From NCBI GenBank assembly GCA_963747235.1, contig CAVVEU010000013.1, positions 288,001 to 352,000 on the forward strand: DNA of 64,000 nt. Reading direction: 5' to 3'. The notes beneath the pieces are model-generated. The model was given only the letters and a program-made list of their open reading frames with translations. It did not search any database and had not been told where the DNA came from. Position 1 is the stretch's first letter. The number at the start of each line of letters is the position of its first letter. Source of the DNA: an uncultured Candidatus Rokubacteria bacterium. Lineage in GTDB: Bacteria > Methylomirabilota > Methylomirabilia > Rokubacteriales > CSP1-6. Shown here piece after piece: positions 1 through 8,855 of this stretch. The translations under genes and the position numbers were made by a program.

Positions 1-68
1 ATGCGGGGTCCGCGTGCGCGCCTCGAAGGCGCGGCCGCGCTCCAGGCGCGACGGCCGTCGCGCCCCGG

Positions 69-84
69 TGGCACCGAGTTTGCC
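69..84 (+). promoter_or_regulatory. sigma54 (-24/-12) promoter
   Basis: TGGCAC-CGAGT-TTGC; GG at 70-71 and GC at 82-83 (canonical 12-nt spacing), just upstream of the small ORF at 99. Confidence 0.7.
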
Positions 85-98
85 GAGTATCAATCGCC

Positions 99-269
99 TT
101 GAGAGTCATTTGCCCGCGGTGCCAGCAGGAAGGCAAGCCCAGTCTCCTGGTCACGATCGACATCCCAGGCGACGACCGCGAGGTCCACGGGCTGTGCTGG
201 ACGCACCGGCTCCGCCTGCTGGCCAAGGCCACCGACTCACCGTCCGCCCGCGAGCCCGGGAAGCCCTGA
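99..269 (+). CDS. small putative Zn-binding protein (56 aa, absent from ORF track)
   Basis: Manual translation from TTG: MRVICPRCQQEGKPSLLVTIDIPGDDREVHGLCWTHRLRLLAKATDSPSAREPGKP*; CxxC...HxxCxxH; stop lies 2 nt before next ATG (272). Confidence 0.6.
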   Translation: MRVICPRCQQEGKPSLLVTIDIPGDDREVHGLCWTHRLRLLAKATDSPSAREPGKP

Positions 270-271
270 CG

Positions 272-1009
272 ATGCTGCTGGGCGGACGGTTCCATCGGAT
301 GTCGATCTGGTTCTGGCGTACGGTACCCGCCCGCCGACTGCTCGTGATCGTCGGCCCCGATCGTCCCGCGCTCGTGCCCAGGCTCGAGCGGCTCTTCGAG
401 GGCGAGCCCGGGACGGTGGACGTCGTGCTCGACCGGAGGCGTCACGAGCGCCGCGGAGCGGGCGTGGCGCGCCGGCCGGAGCGGCGGCGGCGGGACCGGC
501 GGCAGCCGCGCGGCGCGGCCCGGCGGCGCGGCGACGTCTCGGTGGTGATTCGGCGGGAATCCGCGCCCGGACTGGATTACACTCCCCCCATTCATACGAC
601 CCCCGATCCGGTCCCCATTCATGCGAAAGGAGAAGTTCGAATGATGAGCGTCGAGTCGAAGCAAACGCGTGACGGAGACGACGTGCGGCGCTGGCTCGAG
701 GCCGGGCAGACCCAGCTCGCTTCGCTCCTGGATCTGCTGCACGAGCACGATCGCCTCCGCGAGCGCGTGGAGTCTTCCGAGCGGGAGAACGAGCGGCTGC
801 GCGGCGTGACGTACGAGAACGAGCAGCTCCGCAACCGGCTCGAGACCTCCGAGCGTCAGGCCGAGCACCTCCGCCAGGGCATGGGCGAGCTGCGCGCGGA
901 GAACGAGCGGCACCAGAAGGAGCGCGAGGAAGCGGCCGAGCGGCTCAACCACCTCGTCAACGAGATCGCGCAACGCCTGCGCCCCGGCGCGGGAGTCTCG
1001 CGCACCTGA
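272..1009 (+). CDS. hypothetical protein: Arg-rich 'VVLDRRxxERR' domain plus C-terminal coiled coil (possibly a separate protein from ATG 641)
   Basis: In frame with ORF 14..1009; AAAGGAG RBS before ATG 641; heptad-rich E/R/L C-terminus. Confidence 0.55.
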   Translation: MLLGGRFHRMSIWFWRTVPARRLLVIVGPDRPALVPRLERLFEGEPGTVDVVLDRRRHERRGAGVARRPERRRRDRRQPRGAARRRGDVSVVIRRESAPGLDYTPPIHTTPDPVPIHAKGEVRMMSVESKQTRDGDDVRRWLEAGQTQLASLLDLLHEHDRLRERVESSERENERLRGVTYENEQLRNRLETSERQAEHLRQGMGELRAENERHQKEREEAAERLNHLVNEIAQRLRPGAGVSRT

Positions 1010-1103
1010 GAACCGCGTCGCCAATTTTTGTCCGCTTCCCGGCGGCCGCGTGCCGCCGGGCGGCGGGGGCGCGCGGTTTTGAGGGGTTTCCCGGCCGTCT
1101 CCG

Positions 1104-1120
1104 TTGGCACCCCGGATGCA
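1104..1120 (+). promoter_or_regulatory. sigma54 promoter
   Basis: TTGGCAC-CCCGG-ATGCA; GG 1106-7, GC 1118-9; upstream of response regulator. Confidence 0.6.
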
Positions 1121-1158
1121 GCCCACTGGGTGTCGACCCGACGTGCAGAAACTTCCCC

Positions 1159-1557
1159 ATGACCGATACCGACAGCGCGAGACCGCGGGTCCTGCTGGTG
1201 GACGACGAGGAAGGCGTGCGCATGAGCCTGCGCGCCCTGCTCGAGCGCGAGTACCGGATCGCGAGCGTGCCGAGCGGCGAGGCGGCGGTGGAGGAGCTGC
1301 CGCGCTTCCGGCCCGACGTCGTGCTGCTCGACGTGCGTCTCCTGCCGAGCATGAGCGGGCTCGACGCGCTCGAGCGCATCAAGGCATTCGACGAGCGCAT
1401 CGAGGTCGTCATGATCACCGCCTTCGCCTCGCTCGCCACCCTCAACGAGGCGCTGCGCCGCGGCGCCTGCGGCTACCTCATCAAGCCGTTTCCCCGCCGG
1501 GACCTGGAGCTGATGGTCCGCGACGCGCTGGCCCGCCGCGGCCCGCGGCTGGACTGA
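1159..1557 (+). CDS. single-domain response regulator (REC)
   Basis: VLLVDDE, DVVLLD phospho-Asp, MITA, YLIKPF motifs. Confidence 0.92.
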   Translation: MTDTDSARPRVLLVDDEEGVRMSLRALLEREYRIASVPSGEAAVEELPRFRPDVVLLDVRLLPSMSGLDALERIKAFDERIEVVMITAFASLATLNEALRRGACGYLIKPFPRRDLELMVRDALARRGPRLD

Positions 1558-1574
1558 TCTCTTGGAGCACGCCG

Positions 1575-1603
1575 TTGACAGGATTGGCTCCCCCGGTCAG
1601 AAT
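1575..1603 (+). promoter_or_regulatory. sigma70-type promoter of pckG
   Basis: TTGACA-17 nt-CAGAAT. Confidence 0.6.
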
Positions 1604-1645
1604 TTGTCCACACGCTCCATCCCAAGCGACGGGAGGGTATCGCCC

Positions 1646-3388
1646 ATGAGCCTCACGAGTCAGGTCGAGAAGTGGGTGGATGAGGTCGCCGAGCTGACGG
1701 AGCCGGCGAAGGTCGCCTGGGCGGACGGCTCGAAGGCGGAGTACGAGCGCCTCATCGCCGACATGCTGCGGGACGGCACGCTCCTGCCGCTCAACTCGCG
1801 GACGTACCCGAACTGCTACCTGCACCGCAGCCACCCCACCGATGTGGCCCGCACCGAGCAGCTCACCTTCATCTGCACGCGCCTCCGCGAGGACGCGGGG
1901 CCGACCAACAACTGGATGGCCCCCGCGGAGGGCAAGGAGAAGCTGCGCGCGATCTTCCGCGGCTGCATGCGCGGGCGCCCGATGTGGGTGATCCCGTACC
2001 TGATGGGCCCGGCCGGCTCGTCCATGAGCCGGGTGGGGGTCATGGTCACGGACAGCGCGTACGTGGTGGCGAGCATGCACATCATGACCCGCGTCGGCGC
2101 GGTCGCGCTCGAGCACATGCGCGGCCCGGACGACTTCGTGCGCGGCCTGCACTCGCTCGGGGACCTCTCGCCGGACCGGCGCTTCATCCTGCACTTCCCC
2201 GAGGAGCGGCTGATCTGGAGCGTGGGCTCGGGCTACGGCGGCAACGCCCTGCTCGGCAAGAAGTGCCACGCCCTCCGGATCGCCTCGTCGCAGGCCCGGA
2301 CCGAAGGCTGGATGGCCGAGCACATGCTGATCCTCGGCGTGGAGGACCCGGAAGGGAAGATCACCTACCTGGCCGCCGCGATGCCGAGCGCGTCCGGGAA
2401 GACCAACCTGGCCATGGTGGTGTCGAGCCTGCCCGGCTATCGCGTGTGGACGGTGGGCGACGACATCGCCTGGATCCACGTGGACAAGCACGGCCAGCTC
2501 CGCGCCACGAATCCGGAGCGCGGCTTCTTCGGCGTCGCCCCGAACACCAGCGCCAAGACCAACCCGAACGGGGCGGCGATGGTGCGCTCCAACACCATCT
2601 TCACCAACGTCGCGCTGACCCCGGCGAACGAGCCCTGGTGGGAAGGCATGGGCCCGGAGGCGCCGGAGGGCATGCTCGACTGGCAGGGCAAGCCGTGGAC
2701 GCCGGGCAGCGGGCCGGCCGCGCACCCGAATTCGCGCTTCACGGTGCCCGCGCAGCAGTGTCCCTCCATCGCGCCCAACTGGGAGGACCCGGAGGGCGTG
2801 CCGCTCTCCGGCTTCATCTTCGGCTCGCGCCGCGCGCGCGTGGTGCCGCTCGTCTTCGAGGCGTTCGACTGGAATCACGGCGTCTTCCTGGGCTCGGCGA
2901 TGGGTACCGAGACGACCGCCGCCATCACCGGGCAGGTGGGCATCGTGCGCCGCGACCCGATGGCGATGATCCCGTTCTGCGGCTACAACATGGCGGACTA
3001 CTTCGCCCACTGGCTGTCCGTCGGGCCTCGCCTGAAGAATCCGCCGAAGATCTTCCGGGTGAACTGGTTCCGGCGCGACGCGGACGGACGATTCCTCTGG
3101 CCCGGCTACGGCGAGAACGTGCGCATCCTCAAGTGGATCGTCGAGCGAATTAACGGGGGCGGCGCGGCGGTGGAGACGCCGATCGGCCACATCCCGGCGA
3201 AGGGCGCGATCGATTGCTCGGGCCTCCAGATGCCGCCCGGCGCGCTCGAGGCGGCGCTGCACGTGGACCGCGAGGAGTGGCGGCAGGCGCTCGACGAGCT
3301 GCGCGAGTTCTACGAACAGTTCGGCGAGCGGATGCCGCCGGCGATCTGGAAGGCCCACGCGGAGACGGCGCGCCGTTTCGGTCTCTGA
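1646..3388 (+). CDS. pckG: phosphoenolpyruvate carboxykinase (GTP)
   Basis: GSGYGGNALLGKKC, WMAEHM, PSASGKTNLAM, VGDDIAW, NPERGFFGVAP, AHPNSRF, RRDPMAM, VNWFR; GGAGG RBS before ATG 1646. Confidence 0.97.
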   Translation: MSLTSQVEKWVDEVAELTEPAKVAWADGSKAEYERLIADMLRDGTLLPLNSRTYPNCYLHRSHPTDVARTEQLTFICTRLREDAGPTNNWMAPAEGKEKLRAIFRGCMRGRPMWVIPYLMGPAGSSMSRVGVMVTDSAYVVASMHIMTRVGAVALEHMRGPDDFVRGLHSLGDLSPDRRFILHFPEERLIWSVGSGYGGNALLGKKCHALRIASSQARTEGWMAEHMLILGVEDPEGKITYLAAAMPSASGKTNLAMVVSSLPGYRVWTVGDDIAWIHVDKHGQLRATNPERGFFGVAPNTSAKTNPNGAAMVRSNTIFTNVALTPANEPWWEGMGPEAPEGMLDWQGKPWTPGSGPAAHPNSRFTVPAQQCPSIAPNWEDPEGVPLSGFIFGSRRARVVPLVFEAFDWNHGVFLGSAMGTETTAAITGQVGIVRRDPMAMIPFCGYNMADYFAHWLSVGPRLKNPPKIFRVNWFRRDADGRFLWPGYGENVRILKWIVERINGGGAAVETPIGHIPAKGAIDCSGLQMPPGALEAALHVDREEWRQALDELREFYEQFGERMPPAIWKAHAETARRFGL

Positions 3389-3407
3389 GCGGGCGAGGAG
3401 GCACGGC

Positions 3408-3830
3408 ATGAGCGGTGAGAGGCTGCGTGGGGTCGGGCTCGCGCTGATGATGCTGGTCGGGCTCGGCGGCTGCTCCGCCATCAGCTCCGACGCCGACTTT
3501 CCGCCGGCCCGGCCGCCCGCGGCCGCGGCGCACTTCAAGGTCACCGCGCCCGGCGGGTTCCCGGAGGACGTCTACCTGTCGGCGTGGGGGGAAGGCTATG
3601 TGATCCACGCCGCCGGCCAGGCCCCCATCTATCTGATCTCGGACAAGAAGGGCGGCTTCGTCATCCAGCGCCCCGGCGAGACCGCGTCCTGGGTGGCCCC
3701 GCGGTCGGACGGCAGCGGCTGGAACATCCTCTCCGCCAGCGGACCGGCCACCTTCCTGCTCAAGCAGGAGGGGGGTACCTGGATCCTGCAGGCGCCCGGC
3801 GAGCTGCCCACCCTGATCGTCCCGCAGTAG
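3408..3830 (+). CDS. hypothetical lipoprotein, beta-rich
   Basis: Hydrophobic N-terminus with LGGC lipobox; GAGGAGG RBS. Confidence 0.7.
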   Translation: MSGERLRGVGLALMMLVGLGGCSAISSDADFPPARPPAAAAHFKVTAPGGFPEDVYLSAWGEGYVIHAAGQAPIYLISDKKGGFVIQRPGETASWVAPRSDGSGWNILSASGPATFLLKQEGGTWILQAPGELPTLIVPQ

Positions 3831-3849
3831 CCTCGGTTCCGGGCTCCGC

Positions 3850-3982
3850 GCCACTGTCAGCTCAGTGACAGTGGCCCTGTCAAGGAGTGTCCACCGGGTG
3901 CCCATCCTTGTCCGATGACTGGTCGTTCAGTTCATTGAATCAATAGACTTGAGCTATTCCTCCTCCTGGCAGGGACGTTGCG
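3850..3982 (+). promoter_or_regulatory. sigma54 promoter with upstream inverted-repeat activator site
   Basis: GCCACTGTCA-N6-TGACAGTGGC (3850-3875, contains TGT-N10-ACA); AT-rich tract about 3930-3958; TGGCAGGGACGTTGC with GG 3968-9, GC 3980-1. Confidence 0.65.
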
Positions 3983-4066
3983 TACCCGTAGTTGGTTCTC
4001 ACGCACGGACCCGTCGAGGAGGCAACACACGATGCTCGGACGCAAGGGTAGCGGCTGCTGATCCGC

Positions 4067-4480
4067 ATGTGGCCATGGAAAGCCCGCGTCTCCGCCGCGA
4101 CTCGCAAGAAGCTCACCGCCTTCCTGGACGAGGGCTCCGAGATCGAGGGCAAGTACACGTTCACCGGCACCGTCCTGCTCAACGGGAAATTCCAGGGTGA
4201 GATCGCCTCGCCGGACACCCTCATCATCGGAGAGCGCGGGGTGGTCAACGCCATCGTTCGCGCGGGCACGCTCGTGGTGAACGGCGAGCTGGTGGGGAAC
4301 GTGCACGCCAGCGAGCGGGTGGAGCTCACCGGCAAGGCCCGCGTCTTCGGCGACCTCGAGTCGCCGATCGTGGTGCTGGACGAGGGCGTGATGTTCGAGG
4401 GCCACTGTCGGATGCCCAGGTCCGGAGCGTCCGAGCCCATCCGAGAGGCGGCGGCGGTGGTGCCGCTCAAGCGGTCATGA
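4067..4480 (+). CDS. bactofilin (polymer-forming cytoskeletal protein)
   Basis: FLDEGSEIEGK...VNGELVGNVHA...VFGDL...LDEGVMFEGHCRM repeats; start uncertain. Confidence 0.92.
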   Translation: MWPWKARVSAATRKKLTAFLDEGSEIEGKYTFTGTVLLNGKFQGEIASPDTLIIGERGVVNAIVRAGTLVVNGELVGNVHASERVELTGKARVFGDLESPIVVLDEGVMFEGHCRMPRSGASEPIREAAAVVPLKRS

Positions 4481-5370
4481 GCGACCGGCGCGGCGGCGGC
4501 TTCACGCTGGTCCTGGTGCACGGCGGCGGCACCCGCATGCTCCACGTGGGCTGCCCGCGCTGGCTCCTGTGGGCCGGCCTGACCCTCCTGCTGATGAGCG
4601 GCGCGCTGCTCGGCGGGACCTGGATGGACTACTTCGCGCTCAAGCGGGCCCATCTCCAGGCGGCCGCCCTCGAGCGGCGCGTCGAGGAGCAGCGGGCGCA
4701 GCTCGAGGCCTTCGAGCAGCGGGTGGTCGAGGTCAACCGCGAGGTGGTGGGCTGGCAGGACATGCACGTGCGCCTGTGGAGCGCGTTCGGTCCGGCCCCC
4801 GGCCAGGCGGGCAAGGGCACGGGCATGGGTGGCGCGGTGGCCGTCCTGCCGATGGTCTTCGCGAGCGAAGGGCCGGCCCTGCCGCAGCAGCTCGCCTTCC
4901 TGGCCAGCACGGTGAGCGAGAGCGGCCAGAGCCTGCGGGCGCTGGGTCGCTTCGTGGAGCGCACCCGCTCCGTGCTGCTCGCGATGCCCTTCCGCTGGCC
5001 GGTCCGCGGGCCGCTGAACTCCCGCTTCGGTCAGCGCCCGTCGCCGTGGACGGGCGAGCCCGAGTTCCATCGCGGCCTCGACATCAGCGCCGGCCGCGGC
5101 ACCCCGGTGTACGCGCCGGCCACCGGTGTCGTGCACTACGCGGGCGCGGGCGGCGAGTACGGCAACATCGTCATCCTCGATCACGGGCACGACCTGCGCT
5201 CGCTGTACGGGCACCTGCAGGAGGCCCGCGTGAAGCCCGGCGAGCACGTGGAGCGCGGCCAGCTCATCGCGCTCACCGGCAACACCGGCCGCACCTCCGG
5301 CCCGCACCTGCACTACGAGATCCAGGTGCGCGGCCAGGCCGTGGATCCCCGCCAGTACCTCTCGGAGTAG
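4477..5370 (+). CDS. M23 family metallopeptidase, membrane-anchored with coiled coil
   Basis: HRGLD, YGHL, GNTGRTSGPHLHYE; ATGA overlap with bactofilin. Confidence 0.93.
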   Translation: MSDRRGGGFTLVLVHGGGTRMLHVGCPRWLLWAGLTLLLMSGALLGGTWMDYFALKRAHLQAAALERRVEEQRAQLEAFEQRVVEVNREVVGWQDMHVRLWSAFGPAPGQAGKGTGMGGAVAVLPMVFASEGPALPQQLAFLASTVSESGQSLRALGRFVERTRSVLLAMPFRWPVRGPLNSRFGQRPSPWTGEPEFHRGLDISAGRGTPVYAPATGVVHYAGAGGEYGNIVILDHGHDLRSLYGHLQEARVKPGEHVERGQLIALTGNTGRTSGPHLHYEIQVRGQAVDPRQYLSE

Positions 5371-5442
5371 TCGCGACGTAGCTCTCGCAGTTGTGGTTTG
5401 ATCTCCTCGCGGTTGATCCAATCCCGACGAGGAGGACTCGCC

Positions 5443-6252
5443 ATGCCGGCTGTTTCCGTCAAGGAGCTCACCACCGACCTGCTGATCCGCTACGGCTTCC
5501 AGATCCTGGGCGCCCTCGTCATCCTGGGCGTCGGCTTGCTCCTGGCCCGCTGGGTGGGCAATCTGATGGGGCAGTGGCTCGAGCGCCGCCACCTCGAGCC
5601 GCCGGTCCGCAGCCTGATGGTCAAGACGGTGCGGATCGTGGTGCTGATGTTCACCCTGGTCGTCGCACTCGACAAGTTCGGCTTCCAGGTGGCCCCCCTG
5701 GTGGCCGGGATCGGCGTGGCCGGCCTCGGCATCGGCATCGCGCTGCAGGGCGTGCTGAGCAACGTGGTGGCCGGCCTCAGCATCATCATGACCAAGCCGT
5801 TCCGGGTGGGGGAGTGGATCTCGATCGTCGGGGTCTATGGCCAGGTGAGCAGTATCGAGCTCTTCTCCACGACGCTGCTCCATCCGGACCAGTCCCGGGT
5901 CGTGATTCCCAATCGCAAGATCGTCGGCGAGATCCTGCACAACCACGGAACGACCAGGCAGCTTGATCTGAAGGTGGGAGTCGCCTACGGGACCGATCTG
6001 TCCAAGGCGCTGGCCGCCGCGCTCGAAACCCTGCTCGCCAACCCGCGCGTGCTCAAGATCCCGGCGCCGACGGTGGGCATCGCGAGCCTGGGCGACTCGG
6101 CCATCATCGTCGCGCTGGGCCCGTGGGTCGCGGTGCCCGACTACGCGCCGGCCCAGGGTGAGCTCTACCAGGCCGTGGTGGAGCGGTTCCGGGCCTCCGG
6201 CATCGAGATGCCCGCGCCCCAGCGGGAGGTGCGACTGCACGCGGCCGCCTGA
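5443..6252 (+). CDS. mscS: small-conductance mechanosensitive channel (MscS family)
   Basis: Three TM helices, GIALQGVLSNVVAG, KPFRVGEWI, VIPN, GIEMPAPQR; GGAGG RBS. Confidence 0.9.
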   Translation: MPAVSVKELTTDLLIRYGFQILGALVILGVGLLLARWVGNLMGQWLERRHLEPPVRSLMVKTVRIVVLMFTLVVALDKFGFQVAPLVAGIGVAGLGIGIALQGVLSNVVAGLSIIMTKPFRVGEWISIVGVYGQVSSIELFSTTLLHPDQSRVVIPNRKIVGEILHNHGTTRQLDLKVGVAYGTDLSKALAAALETLLANPRVLKIPAPTVGIASLGDSAIIVALGPWVAVPDYAPAQGELYQAVVERFRASGIEMPAPQREVRLHAAA

Positions 6253-6264
6253 GCTCGCTCTCGC

Positions 6265-6552
6265 ATGCCACTCACACGATTCGGCTTCATCGTGACCGGC
6301 GATGACTTCGTGCAGTGGACCGGGACCGAGCGTTTCCGCATGAAGGTGGTGGGGGTGCGGAGCCCGGAGCAGGGGATCGCGGCCGCGCGGGAGATGGTGG
6401 CGGAGGGCATCCAGCTCATCGAGCTCTGCGGCGGGTTCAGCCCGGTCTGGGCCGGGAAGATCATCGAGGCCATCGACTACGCGGTGCCGGTCGGCGTGGT
6501 GGCCTACGGCCCGGAATCCATCAGCGGGATGGCGCGGCTATTCCCCGGGTGA
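6265..6552 (+). CDS. DUF6506-like small protein
   Basis: GIQLIELCGGF and VPVGVVAYG motifs recalled for this family. Confidence 0.6.
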   Translation: MPLTRFGFIVTGDDFVQWTGTERFRMKVVGVRSPEQGIAAAREMVAEGIQLIELCGGFSPVWAGKIIEAIDYAVPVGVVAYGPESISGMARLFPG

Positions 6553-7695
6553 GGGTGGCCGCGCGGCTTCCTGCAGGAGCAGCAGGATCACCGCGGTGGT
6601 GACCAGGCAGGACCCGATGACCTCGAGCCCGACGTACGTCGCGAGCAGGCCGGTGACGCCGGGAATGGCCGCGACGCCGAGATAGGCTCCCGCCACCTGG
6701 AAGCCAATGGCCGACGTGGCATGCGCGTGCCCCAGGCGCGCCGGCGTCTCCGCGATCAGCGTGGGAAAGATCGGGGCCAGGGCGAAGCCGAGCGCGGCCA
6801 GCCCGACCGGCCCGGCGCCCATGCCCGGATCCCACCAGATCAGCAGCGCGCCGGCCAGGGCGCCGACCGTGCCGATCCGGAGGAGCGCATTCGCGGCGAG
6901 CCGGCTCGCGAGCGCGCCGGAGACGACGCGGCCGGCGGTGAGCGCCGCCCAGTAGATCGCGATCCAGATGCCCGCGGCGCCCGCCGCGATCCCGCGCGCT
7001 TCGGTGAAGAGGCTGTAGGTCCACTGGCCGGCCGTGACCTCGAGGCCCGCGTAAACGAAGAAGAGGGCGACGTTCAGCCAGACTCGCGGCCGGCCCAGCG
7101 TGTCGAAGAGAGAGGCCGCGCGCTCGGGTGCCGCGCCTGGGGAGGCCGGATCCTGGCGCGCCATCGTCCACAGGGGGATCGTGACCAGGAAGCTCACCGC
7201 CATCGCGGCCAGCAGGACGCCGATCACCGCGTAGCCCCAGCGCCACGCGAGGCCCGAGGCGAGGACCGCGGTCATGAGGAGTGGGCCGAGCATCGCGCCG
7301 ACGCCGTAGCAAGCGTGCAGCCAGCTCACCAGGCGCGGCGAGAACCGCACGGCCGCGAAGGCATTGATGCCGGCGTCGATGGCGCCGGCGCCGAGCCCGG
7401 CCAGCAGGCCGGCCGCGACCATCACGCTCCAGGCCGGAGCGAGCGCGTAGGCGAACGCGTTCACGACCATCAGGACGCTGCTCCAGAGCAGCAGACGCCC
7501 GACGCCCAGGCGCGCCACCAGCGCGCCGCTGCTGAAGCTCGAGACCAGATAGCCCACCATGGCCGAGGCGAGCAGCGAGCCGAGCTGACCCGGGGGAAGG
7601 CCGAAGGAACGGCGGATGGAGGGCCACGCCACGCCGAGCACGCCGTCCGGGAGCCCCAGGCTGACGAAGGCCAGGAGCGCGATGGCGAGGAGCAC
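6538..7695 (-). CDS. MFS transporter
   Basis: About 12 hydrophobic helices; SLGLPDG..GVAWP, GAGAIDAG.N, APIFP. Confidence 0.9.
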   Translation of the reverse strand: MLLAIALLAFVSLGLPDGVLGVAWPSIRRSFGLPPGQLGSLLASAMVGYLVSSFSSGALVARLGVGRLLLWSSVLMVVNAFAYALAPAWSVMVAAGLLAGLGAGAIDAGINAFAAVRFSPRLVSWLHACYGVGAMLGPLLMTAVLASGLAWRWGYAVIGVLLAAMAVSFLVTIPLWTMARQDPASPGAAPERAASLFDTLGRPRVWLNVALFFVYAGLEVTAGQWTYSLFTEARGIAAGAAGIWIAIYWAALTAGRVVSGALASRLAANALLRIGTVGALAGALLIWWDPGMGAGPVGLAALGFALAPIFPTLIAETPARLGHAHATSAIGFQVAGAYLGVAAIPGVTGLLATYVGLEVIGSCLVTTAVILLLLQEAARPPSPGE

Positions 7696-7799
7696 GATGC
7701 GGCGGGCCCCTCGGCGGACTAGGCGGTCGCCGTGACGGAGTAAATCGGGACGGCCTCGCGCCGGGTCTTGAGCTGAGTGGTCCTCGAGCGCCGCCCGGT

Positions 7800-8297
7800 C
7801 TACTCGGCCTGGCTCCGGAAGGTCACGGTCTCATCGCCGACCCGCACCCGGGCGTCCCAGGTGATGTCGATGGCGCCCTGCACGCTCTGGTGCGCCGGGC
7901 AGCCCTGCGGGTGCAGCGCCAGCGCCCGCTCGGTCGCCTCACGAGCGTCCGCGGGCACCGCGAGCTCGTAGTGCATGTGGATGGACTTGATCCGGATGGT
8001 CTTGCCGACGCCGACGATGCGGCCTTCCACGGTGGCCACATAGCCGTCACGGTCGAACGCGATCTTGCGCCCTGCCAGGGCGCCGCGCAGCGTGCCGTAC
8101 ATTCAGCCGGCGACGGCCGCCACGATGTGGTCGAGGGTGGAGGCGACCGGCGGGCCCTCCGCGACGCCGTAGTACTCGCGCAGCTTGCCCTGCACGCCGT
8201 AGACCACCGGGGCGGGGACTTCGCCCAGATAGGCGTGGCGATAGCCGTGCCGGTACTCGAGACGGGACTGGGAGACGTATTCGAAGTCGTCGGGCAT
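7800..8297 (-). CDS. OsmC-like protein with in-frame UGA (predicted selenocysteine, codon 65)
   Basis: ORFs 8103..8348 and 7800..8102 are in the same frame separated only by TGA (8103-8105): AAVAG-U-MYGTL; second Cys in GCPAHQS; AAGGAGG RBS before ATG 8297. Confidence 0.8.
8058..8087 (-). promoter_or_regulatory. putative bacterial SECIS hairpin
   Basis: mRNA after UGA: CGCG-GCGCCCU-GGC-AGGGCGC-AAGAU-CGCG; G-initiated apical loop 27-29 nt after UGA. Confidence 0.55.
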
Positions 8298-8411
8298 GGA
8301 GACCTCCTTGGGTTGATTGAGACGTGCCGCGTCTACCTTAGCAGCCAAAGGAGCAAGGAGGCCGGCTTGAGCTGGACCGCAACACGCCTAGCATGCGGCC
8401 GGAGGTGTGCC

Positions 8412-8855
8412 ATGTCGGCCGAAGCGAACAAGGAGCTGGTCCGTCGAGTCCTGGCCGAAGTGCGAGATGGGTGGACACAGGCGGCAATCGACCAGTTCTT
8501 CGCGCCGGACTACCGCCGCCACCTCACGCCGACGGGTCCGCATCTCACTCGCGAGGAGCAGCGGGAGCGGGCTTCGCGGCTGCGGGTCGCCTTTCCCGAC
8601 GCCGATGCCGCGCTGGAGGACATCGTGGCCGAAGGAGACCGCGTGGCGTATCGGTTGACCATTCGCGGAACGCATCGAGGTTCCTTCCTCGGTGTCGCCC
8701 CGACCGGCCGGCGCGTGGTGGTCTCGTTGTTCGCGATCGTCCGCATCGAGAACGGCAAGCTGGCCGAGGAGTGGGGCGGCCTCGATCAGGTGGATCTGCT
8801 CCGGCAGCTCCGAGAGCCGGGCGAGCCGCCGAGAATGTGGGAATGTAAGACCTGA
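8412..8855 (+). CDS. SnoaL-like ester cyclase / NTF2-like protein
   Basis: NKELVRR, AFPD, IVAEGDRVA, GTHRGSFLGVAPTGR, ENGKLAEEW; GGAGG RBS. Confidence 0.88.
   Translation: MSAEANKELVRRVLAEVRDGWTQAAIDQFFAPDYRRHLTPTGPHLTREEQRERASRLRVAFPDADAALEDIVAEGDRVAYRLTIRGTHRGSFLGVAPTGRRVVVSLFAIVRIENGKLAEEWGGLDQVDLLRQLREPGEPPRMWECKT

Noticed and set aside
4036-4061. c-di-GMP-I riboswitch (GGACGCAA...GGTAGCGG resemblance)
   Set aside because: No GGCAAA/GNRA P2 arm or P3 stem; too short
4032-4061. Cys-Sec (GC-UGA) selenopeptide
   Set aside because: Read-through continues out of frame over bactofilin with no protein-like sequence
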